This document shows positions 57,561 through 64,000 of a stretch of DNA of 64,000 nt, one piece after another; the first letter of the stretch is position 1; each line of letters starts with the position of its first letter. A program made the translations under genes and the position numbers. The notes under the pieces are model-generated. The model did no database searches. It saw only the letters and a list, made by a program, of their open reading frames with translations, and had not been told where the DNA came from. The stretch comes from an uncultured Treponemataceae bacterium (GTDB taxonomy: Bacteria > Spirochaetota > Spirochaetia > Treponematales > UBA12059), in contig CAZVTR010000005.1 in assembly GCA_964630305.1 (NCBI GenBank), positions 7,153-71,152 of the forward strand, written 5' to 3'.

Positions 57561-59708
57561 ATGAGAACTGTTTGGATAATTGGAGGTAGTGAGCGGACAT
57601 CACGGGTACTTGCCGAGCAGGTACAGTCCTATGTGCAAGACAGAGCATCTGTCATGAGCGCATCGGTAGATGCTGTCATGCCTGTATGGAAACCAGATGA
57701 TATTATTGTAGTCTCAAGTTCTTTGATTATAGGCAACCTTGCTGATATTGGCATTACGGTTCCAGAGGAACAGCTTATTATTGGCCGGAGAACCGTTAAT
57801 CCTGATAAGCTGGAAAGTGTAGTCGCACTTCCTCCAGGAACCAATGTTGTATTTATTAACGATACACAGGAGACAACCGAGGCATGTGTGCAATCGTTAC
57901 TGGAGCTCGGTATCAACCATGTAAATTGGCACACCTGGTACCCCGGCTTAGATGTATTTCCCGAAAAATGCATGATCGCGGTTGTAGCAGGAGAACCTCA
58001 GCTTGTTCCTGCTCATATCACAGAGATAATCGATATTCATGTTCGTATTTTTGATTTTGGAACCATAGCAGAAATTTTGCAGCGCTTACAGATTCCCTAT
58101 GAGGATATTACGACATTTTCACAGCGGTACCTAGCAAAAATTGTCAGTTTGGCCCGTAACCTTGCCCGTAAAAGCGAAGAAGCACAGCGTTTATCTCAGC
58201 ATCTTGCTTCAGTTATCGACAGTTTGAGCCATGGAGTCCTAGTATACGATGAATATGGCAGAGTAAGTGTTTGCAATGAAGAGGTGCGCTCATTGCTTGC
58301 ACTTCGTCCCACACAGGGCGTCGGGGACACTCTTCCTCAGCTTGTACGGAATAGAGAATTGCTCGAATTTCTCGAGTGCAGGTGCGGGGAAGAAGAACGC
58401 GTGTTTAAGCTTGCATCGGGATCGGTTGTGGTGCATCGGTTTGATTTACAGGAAGATGCGCACACGGTTGCTGTATTTAAATCAGAGCAAAATGAAACCG
58501 AACAGTTTAAGCTTGGCAAAGAGTACCGAAAGCGCGGCCATGTAGCAAAATATACCTTTGATGACATCATAGGTACCAGTGAACTCATACTTAATGCAAA
58601 GCGGATCGCATCAAAACTTGCAGAGACTGATTTGTCAATTCTCATTCAGGGAGAAACAGGGACAGGCAAGGAACTTTTTGCTTCTGCCATTCATTCAGCA
58701 AGTTCGCGTGCGCGCGGACCCTTTCTGGCAGTAGACCTTGGCAGTCTTTCCGATGAACTTATCGAGAGCGAACTCTTTGGTTATGAAGAGGGGGCTTTCA
58801 CCGGGGCACGCAAGGGCGGTAAGCCGGGGCTGTTTGAATTAGCGCATGGAGGGACACTCTTTCTTGATGAAATAGGGAATATTTCTGGCAAGGTGCAGAC
58901 ACGTCTGTTGCGGGTGCTTCAGGAAAAAGAGCTTATGCGTGTGGGCGGCAGTGATATTATGCGCGTTGATGTGCGCGTTATAGCTGCAACGAATGAAAAC
59001 TTGCTTGAGAAAGCGCGCGCGGGACTTTTCCGAGAGGATTTAATTTTTAGATTGCGGATGGGGTGGCTCCGTATCCCGCCGCTCCGCGAACGAGTCGAAG
59101 ATATTCCAGCGCTCGTTGAATATTTTATGCGGCAGGAAGGAGCAACTGGCATAACAGTTTCGCAAGAAGTTTTGGATTTCTTTGCAAAGCATGACTGGCC
59201 GGGGAATGTGCGGGAATTGAGGAATTTATTGACGTATATGCTTGCTGTACGTGAAGGGCCAGTATTGCGGGCAGAAGATATTCCTGCTTTTCCTGATATA
59301 TATACTGATGCATCTAGTGTACATACCTGCAGTGATGCACAAACAACTAATATCGATGGCACAAGACATTTAGAAAAAAACAAACTTGTCTCAGGCAAAC
59401 AGCCGCATCACATTGGTTCCGGGGGATTTATAACACTCGAAGAAGAAGATACACGGGTTTTGGAAGCAATTGCCTATCTTGAAACGGCAGGTCAGAGTAC
59501 AGGGCGTGAAAGCATATCGGGGTATCTCCATACACGGGGCATTTATCTGGGGCCAGGTTCCGTGCGCGCTGCTTTTGCTCGGCTTGCTGCGAGAAAGCTC
59601 GTTACAACACCGAGAGGACGGCGCGGGACTCAACTAACGCGTGAGGGGTGGGTAGTGGTGCAGCAGCGTTCTCCAGAATTAGCTCGCCGGCTCGGTCACG
59701 GTGCATAG
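57561..59708 (+). CDS. sigma-54-dependent transcriptional activator (bEBP) with N-terminal sensory region, PAS-like segment and atypical winged-helix-like C-terminus
   Basis: AAA+ core: GETGTGKELFA (Walker A), EEGAFTGA (GAFTGA loop), GTLFLDEIG (Walker B) and WPGNVRELRN. The C-terminus lacks the usual Fis-type HTH. The start is uncertain (ATG 57561 versus GTG 57516). Confidence 0.88.
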   Translation: MRTVWIIGGSERTSRVLAEQVQSYVQDRASVMSASVDAVMPVWKPDDIIVVSSSLIIGNLADIGITVPEEQLIIGRRTVNPDKLESVVALPPGTNVVFINDTQETTEACVQSLLELGINHVNWHTWYPGLDVFPEKCMIAVVAGEPQLVPAHITEIIDIHVRIFDFGTIAEILQRLQIPYEDITTFSQRYLAKIVSLARNLARKSEEAQRLSQHLASVIDSLSHGVLVYDEYGRVSVCNEEVRSLLALRPTQGVGDTLPQLVRNRELLEFLECRCGEEERVFKLASGSVVVHRFDLQEDAHTVAVFKSEQNETEQFKLGKEYRKRGHVAKYTFDDIIGTSELILNAKRIASKLAETDLSILIQGETGTGKELFASAIHSASSRARGPFLAVDLGSLSDELIESELFGYEEGAFTGARKGGKPGLFELAHGGTLFLDEIGNISGKVQTRLLRVLQEKELMRVGGSDIMRVDVRVIAATNENLLEKARAGLFREDLIFRLRMGWLRIPPLRERVEDIPALVEYFMRQEGATGITVSQEVLDFFAKHDWPGNVRELRNLLTYMLAVREGPVLRAEDIPAFPDIYTDASSVHTCSDAQTTNIDGTRHLEKNKLVSGKQPHHIGSGGFITLEEEDTRVLEAIAYLETAGQSTGRESISGYLHTRGIYLGPGSVRAAFARLAARKLVTTPRGRRGTQLTREGWVVVQQRSPELARRLGHGA

Positions 59709-59796
59709 TGTGGACTATATTAGGTAATTAAATAGGATAAATAGGTTTTTTAATTGGTTATTTAGGTTATTTAGGTGAAGGACTTGAGCAGGCAGC

Positions 59797-59832
59797 AACA
59801 GCTTGCGAAAACCTAACAGCTTGCGGAAACCT
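59797..59832 (+). repeat. tandem 18-bp direct repeat AACAGCTTGCG(A/G)AAACCT x2 in the activator/cyanophycinase intergenic region
   Basis: The copies at 59797..59814 and 59815..59832 differ at one position. They lie 30 nt upstream of the ATG at 59862. Confidence 0.85.
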
Positions 59833-59861
59833 GACACCCAGAAAGGAGTAATAGAACTTAT

Positions 59862-61151
59862 ATGGAAGGCAAGTTAATCATTGCTGGAGGTAATATCTCG
59901 CTCGCAGAGAAAGAAATATTTGAAACATTTGTAAAGGCCGGAATTGAGTGTCGTGATTCCACACGAAGCGGGGGAGATGCTCACGCTCACATGTTTGTAT
60001 TGGTGCCGAGTGCATCAGAAAACCCGGAAAAAAGTTATGCTTATTTTAAAGAGGTATTACTAAATCTCGGAATACCTGAAGCTTCTCTAGCCTGCGCGAA
60101 AGTCTCGGTGCGAAAAAAGGGTTGGGAACGGGGTGCATGGGAACCTGAGCAGATAAAACTGGCAGAACAAGCAGTGGGATTCTGGATTTCTGGAGGGGAT
60201 CAAAATGCAATTATGGACGCGCTTCAGGATGGACATGGCAGGGACAGTCCCTTTTTGGAAATAATGCGTACGCGAAATGCTCAAGGAGCAGTGATTGGCG
60301 GCACAAGCGCTGGCGCTGCAATTATGAGTAACCCGATGATTGGCGGCGGAACGAGTTTTGGCGCACTTGCTCTGCCTGAAGCCCTAAAGCCTGCGGATAC
60401 TGAAATTTCCGATGCGCTCTATGTGAGACAGGGGCTTGGTTTTTTTTCTCGTGGAATAGTAGACCAGCATTTTGATGTGAGGGCTCGAACTGCACGACTG
60501 CTCCGGGCGGTGAGTCTTGATCCGCAGCGGCGCACCTGGGGTTTTGGCATAGCAGAGGATACGGCTATGGTCTGGGACCCCGATAGTGCAGTCCTCAAGG
60601 TGATTGGCAGTGCGGGTGTCTATGTATTTGATACTCGTGACGCCCGCTGGCAAAAGAGTATGAACCGATATGGAGTGACTGATGTTGTTCTGCACTATTT
60701 AACGCGCGGGGACAGCCTCAATCTTGCAGCGCTTTCCTGCAATTTTGAAAATAAACAGATGCTTGAATTTGGCAAGGAGTATTATAAGCTTTCTCGGCCT
60801 TCAGCAAGTGGGGTCTTATCGCCGTATGCCAATTTGGCCAATTTTATTAGCAATTTGCTCATCGATAATGCCTGGGATGCACTTTTTAGCGATGAGGCAG
60901 TGCCAGGTATTGCACATCAGTCGCATAATAATACAGGTACGCAGCCAGTAAGAACAGCTGTAAATAAGGTTGCGAGTGCGACAGAGGAATGGCGTCATGC
61001 AAAAAGTTTTCTAATAGGGTTTGATGCAAATGGTGAGCGGCTTGAATGGGAAATACGCTGCAAGCGTTCTCAGGAGCATACAAGAGGGTATACAGCGGGG
61101 TCTGGTGTTGTCTCATTTGAAAATGTACGGCTGGATATTATTCCAAGGTAA
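59862..61151 (+). CDS. cyanophycinase-family (peptidase S51) protein, 429 aa, no signal peptide
   Basis: KLIIAGGN N-terminus, nucleophile elbow IGGTSAGAAIMS, and QHF..R...RL as in cyanophycinases. There is a C-terminal extension of roughly 150 aa. Confidence 0.8.
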   Translation: MEGKLIIAGGNISLAEKEIFETFVKAGIECRDSTRSGGDAHAHMFVLVPSASENPEKSYAYFKEVLLNLGIPEASLACAKVSVRKKGWERGAWEPEQIKLAEQAVGFWISGGDQNAIMDALQDGHGRDSPFLEIMRTRNAQGAVIGGTSAGAAIMSNPMIGGGTSFGALALPEALKPADTEISDALYVRQGLGFFSRGIVDQHFDVRARTARLLRAVSLDPQRRTWGFGIAEDTAMVWDPDSAVLKVIGSAGVYVFDTRDARWQKSMNRYGVTDVVLHYLTRGDSLNLAALSCNFENKQMLEFGKEYYKLSRPSASGVLSPYANLANFISNLLIDNAWDALFSDEAVPGIAHQSHNNTGTQPVRTAVNKVASATEEWRHAKSFLIGFDANGERLEWEIRCKRSQEHTRGYTAGSGVVSFENVRLDIIPR

Positions 61152-61180
61152 GAAAATATTTGCTTTGCGTAATTAGTTTT

Positions 61181-61196
61181 TGGTACGCTTTTTGCT
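61181..61196 (+). promoter_or_regulatory. sigma-54 (-24/-12) promoter TGGTACGctttTTGCT upstream of the ABC binding-protein gene
   Basis: Exact consensus spacing (GG at 61182-83, GC at 61194-95) with one mismatch in the -24 element. It lies 40 nt upstream of the ATG at 61236. Confidence 0.7.
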
Positions 61197-61235
61197 AATA
61201 GAAGAAATAAGAATTTTTAGTTAGGAGGATGTGTA

Positions 61236-63113
61236 ATGAAACATCGCATTATGGTTTTAATCGTTGCTCTGTCTATGGCAGTCTTTGCTGCCGCTCAGAG
61301 TAGCGACAGATACCGCATTACCTATGAGACGGAACCAAAAACGCTTAACTATTTTTACCTCATTGATAATACGAGTCAGCGTGTAGCCGCTAACACGCAG
61401 GATCATTTAGTAGAGAATGATCGGTTTGGCCGTTTTGTTCCCGCTCTTGCAGAACGGTGGACCACCAATGAAAATGCAACAGTGTGGACGTTCTATCTCC
61501 GCAAGGGAGTAAAATGGGTCGATCACAACGGCAAGGTGACAGAGTATGAAGTAACTGCAGATGACTTTTATGAAGGTTTCCGGTATGTTTCGGATCCCAA
61601 AAACGGTATTAAAAACTTTGGCTCTATTCGTTCACTCCTGGTAGGATTGGCTGATTACTATAAGGGACTCCAGGATGTTGATTCTGGCAAAGATAAAAAC
61701 CGAACTCGACAGCAGGTGCTCGATACATTCAAAAATGTTGGTATTCGGGTTATCGATAAATACACCATTGAGTATACAACTGCAAAACCAACGCCATGGT
61801 TCCTGACCTATCTCACCATGGATCTCTTTTTCCCGGTTGAAAAAGCCTTTATGGATAAGGTTGGAGCAGAAAACTTTGGTACCGCAAAAGATAAGCTTAT
61901 CTTCTCAGGCTGTTACTATATTTCCGACTGGCAGCGCGATAAGCTCATCGTGCTCAAACGCAATGAGAACTACTGGGATAAAAAGAATGTTTTTATTCGA
62001 GAAATAACCATGCAAAAAGTATCTGATCCTGCAATTGCGCTGCAGATGTTCCAGCGCGGAGAGCTTTCCAGTGCCGGTCTTAACGCAGATCAGGTAAAAG
62101 GGCTTCAAAATACAAAATGGAAAGATTATATTTATATGACAGACCGTTCATCGGTGACTTTCTGGTGGGCGCTTAATTTCCAATCAAAGAATCCAGAGTT
62201 TGCAGCCTTTGTAAAAAATATTAATTTTAGAAAAGCATTGTACTATGGCATTGATCATGTGAAATTACTTACACTTGATGATCCTTTGAATCCGCAAAAT
62301 CTATTGCGAACAACGATAATTCCTGAAGATGTTATCTTTGATGAAAAAGGAAAAGATTATACCGATTATCCTGGACTTAGAGAGTTCAAGAATGCTGGGA
62401 ATACATTCAATCCAAAGCTTGCAAAAGAATATTTTATGAAAGCGGTCGCCGAACTTACCGATGGCAAAGGAAATATTAAAGGCGTAGCTGCACAAGCTGT
62501 TGACCTAAAACCAGTTGCACAATTCAATATCGATGGTAAGCTCCCGCTTCAGATTCTGCTAATTCACTCGACGAGTTCCTCTGATACTAAATTTGCTCTG
62601 CTCATGCAGGCGATGTTTAAAGAAGTGTTTGGACCGGAAAATGTTGAGGTTGTTCTGGGTCAATATGTGGACGACCAATACGACGAAGTAATTGCGCCTC
62701 AGAAATTTGATATGGCCTATGACAGTTTCCGCTTTGCTTATGGTGATCCGCTTGCCCAGCTTGGCCGATTAATAACTGGCGGTGCTGTCAATGATGGCGG
62801 ATGGTCAGACCCGGAATTTGATGCGCTTGTTGCAGAGGCTGATAAAAAGATTAAACTCTCTGAGCGGTATGCTCTTTTTGCAAAAGCAGAAGCGATGATA
62901 TTGGACCGTGCATATATTATTCCATTCCGCTGCGGTGGCAGTGCATATGCAATTGGTAATGTTGTTCCCTATACGTACCCGCGAAGCGGTTTTGGAGTAA
63001 CACGATTTAAGTATAAAGGTATGAAGCTTGAGAGTAAACCTCTGCTTGCTTCACGTGTCGAAGAAATTCGCAAACAGTTCTATGCTGATCTTGAAAAACT
63101 GCAAGGTAAGTAA
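61236..63113 (+). CDS. ABC transporter substrate-binding protein, family 5 (oligo/dipeptide-binding, OppA/DppA-like)
   Basis: Signal peptide MKHRIMVLIVALSMAVFAAAQ. ...PALAERWTTNENATVWTFYLRKGVKWVDHNG is typical of SBP family 5. 625 aa. AGGAGG lies 7 nt upstream. Confidence 0.85.
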   Translation: MKHRIMVLIVALSMAVFAAAQSSDRYRITYETEPKTLNYFYLIDNTSQRVAANTQDHLVENDRFGRFVPALAERWTTNENATVWTFYLRKGVKWVDHNGKVTEYEVTADDFYEGFRYVSDPKNGIKNFGSIRSLLVGLADYYKGLQDVDSGKDKNRTRQQVLDTFKNVGIRVIDKYTIEYTTAKPTPWFLTYLTMDLFFPVEKAFMDKVGAENFGTAKDKLIFSGCYYISDWQRDKLIVLKRNENYWDKKNVFIREITMQKVSDPAIALQMFQRGELSSAGLNADQVKGLQNTKWKDYIYMTDRSSVTFWWALNFQSKNPEFAAFVKNINFRKALYYGIDHVKLLTLDDPLNPQNLLRTTIIPEDVIFDEKGKDYTDYPGLREFKNAGNTFNPKLAKEYFMKAVAELTDGKGNIKGVAAQAVDLKPVAQFNIDGKLPLQILLIHSTSSSDTKFALLMQAMFKEVFGPENVEVVLGQYVDDQYDEVIAPQKFDMAYDSFRFAYGDPLAQLGRLITGGAVNDGGWSDPEFDALVAEADKKIKLSERYALFAKAEAMILDRAYIIPFRCGGSAYAIGNVVPYTYPRSGFGVTRFKYKGMKLESKPLLASRVEEIRKQFYADLEKLQGK

Positions 63114-63147
63114 TCAGACTGTGTTATAAAAATATTATAAGATACAT

Positions 63148-63188
63148 GAGGGACTGCAACAATCGATGTTGGTTTTAGTCAGTCCCTC
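63148..63188 (+). terminator. intercistronic stem-loop (partial terminator/mRNA stabiliser) between binding-protein and permease genes
   Basis: GAGGGACTG-(23 nt, containing an inner CAACA/TGTTG stem)-CAGTCCCTC followed by TATTTATT. Confidence 0.55.
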
Positions 63189-63213
63189 TATTTATTACTG
63201 TGTGGGGGAGTTT

Positions 63214-64000
63214 ATGGGGAAATATATACTGCGCAGATTCTGGCAGTCTATTATAACCGTGCTGATTGTGCTCTTTGTCATGTTCATGCTGCTCCGGCTA
63301 ATGCCTAAAGAGAACTATTTTACACGTGATGATTACATTAATATGACCGAAGAGGATAGAACTGCATACCTCAGGAATTTGGGAGTGCTCGATAATCCGC
63401 TTGTGCAGTTTGTGCGGTTTTTAAGAGGATTTATCACGGGAGATCTAGGAAGATCGATTACTGTGTATCCAAAAACTCCTATAGCAGAAATACTTAAAGA
63501 AAAAATACCATATTCACTGTGGTTTGGTCTTGTATCGGTGTTGCTGAGTGTTATATTAGGTTTTCTTATGGGTATTGGCATGGCCAATAATAAGGATAGA
63601 TTGGGTGACCAGTTAGGTACTATTTATGTCGTAGCAGTACGTGCAATCCCAAGCCTTGTCTATTTATTTTTAATACAAATGTGGGTCACGCATCTTTTTA
63701 ACTTACCTATGGTTTTTTATGAAGATGAACTTGCTTCCTGGATTTTACCTGCAATTTCACTTTCGCTGTCTGGTATTGCCTGGTATGCTATCTGGCTCAG
63801 ACGATTTATGGTAGATGAAGAAAACAAAGATTATATAAAATTTGCTATTGCAAAAGGATTGCCCCGTAAATATGTGATGAGGCGGCATGTGCTTCGTAAT
63901 GCGCTAGTACCGCTTGTACAGTATCTTCCTTCACAAATTCTGCTGACCATTGCTGGTTCGCTTATTATAGAAAGTATTTACTCTATTCCCGGTATGGGAG
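63214..64000 (+). CDS. ABC transporter permease (DppB/OppB-like), N-terminal part; continues beyond the window
   Basis: Manual translation from the ATG at 63214 is open to the window end. It reads MGKYILRRFWQSIITVLIVLFVMFMLLRLMP...GDLGRSI...IPYSLWFGLVSVLLSVILG...FAIAKGLPRKYVMRRHVLRNALVPLV, which includes the EAA-loop-like motif of peptide permeases. It is not in the ORF track because it runs off the edge. Confidence 0.85.
   Translation, partial: MGKYILRRFWQSIITVLIVLFVMFMLLRLMPKENYFTRDDYINMTEEDRTAYLRNLGVLDNPLVQFVRFLRGFITGDLGRSITVYPKTPIAEILKEKIPYSLWFGLVSVLLSVILGFLMGIGMANNKDRLGDQLGTIYVVAVRAIPSLVYLFLIQMWVTHLFNLPMVFYEDELASWILPAISLSLSGIAWYAIWLRRFMVDEENKDYIKFAIAKGLPRKYVMRRHVLRNALVPLVQYLPSQILLTIAGSLIIESIYSIPGMG

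Noticed and set aside
59779-59796. Possible -24/-12 element AAGGACTTGAGCAGGCAG before the cyanophycinase gene
   Set aside because: The spacing is right, but both elements are poor: AGGACT against TGGCAC, and AGGCA against TTGCW. I do not think this is enough to call a promoter. It is kept only as a note under the intergenic-repeat finding.
1-64000. CRISPR arrays, IS elements/transposases, prophage genes, toxin-antitoxin pairs and rRNA genes
   Set aside because: I saw no regularly spaced repeat-spacer arrays, no transposase or integrase-like ORFs, and no small adjacent ORF pairs with TA-like features in the ORF track or the intergenic regions. The only tandem repeats are the short regulatory-region repeats reported above.

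Overview
This 64-kb window looks like a chromosomal segment from a moderately AT-rich, motile, probably anaerobic bacterium. The gene content and lipoprotein style are reminiscent of a spirochaete, but taxonomy cannot be established from the window. I call about 57 protein-coding genes and one tRNA-Leu(CAA). Two of the CDSs run off the window edges and are therefore missing from the ORF track: purF at the left edge and an ABC permease at the right. I saw no rRNA, CRISPR array, transposase, integrase or prophage genes.

Most of the window is housekeeping:
- Purine and nucleotide synthesis: purF, purD, prs.
- Chemotaxis and partitioning: cheR-cheB, parA-parB.
- RNA modification: mnmE-mnmG, rsmE, a SpoU/TrmH methyltransferase.
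- Glycerol-3-phosphate use: an anaerobe-type FAD oxidoreductase trio plus glpQ.
- Lipid head groups: two CDP-alcohol phosphatidyltransferases plus a HAD phosphatase.
- Envelope and sugar-nucleotide genes: ApbE, PAP2, a VanY-type peptidase, an S41 protease, TagA/WecB, a GlmS-like enzyme, GalU and an M16 peptidase.

The most interesting part is the right-hand ~8 kb. It encodes isoaspartyl dipeptidase (iadA), a sigma-54 enhancer-binding protein with a non-Fis C-terminal domain, a signal-less extended cyanophycinase-family (S51) peptidase, and a family-5 peptide ABC importer. Correctly spaced -24/-12 sigma-54 promoters sit in front of iadA and of the ABC binding-protein gene. I read this as a sigma-54-controlled beta-aspartyl-peptide / cyanophycin-salvage regulon; no cyanophycin synthetase is visible in the window.

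Second in interest is a strongly AT-rich single-gene insertion encoding a DUF262 + His-Me-finger (GmrSD-like type IV restriction) protein. It lies next to tRNA-Leu, and its 350-bp upstream region carries four copies of a ~16-bp motif.

Smaller oddities:
- a GHKL-ATPase/HDOD fusion protein;
- an 804-aa GlmS-like protein with a large insertion;
- a duplicated Shine-Dalgarno block with an 8-codon uORF upstream of galU;
- a textbook sigma-70 promoter with overlapping palindromes in front of a membrane-protein/winged-helix pair;
- a near-leaderless AT-rich orphan gene beside the che operon.

All functional calls rest on motifs I read in the translations. No database search was run.
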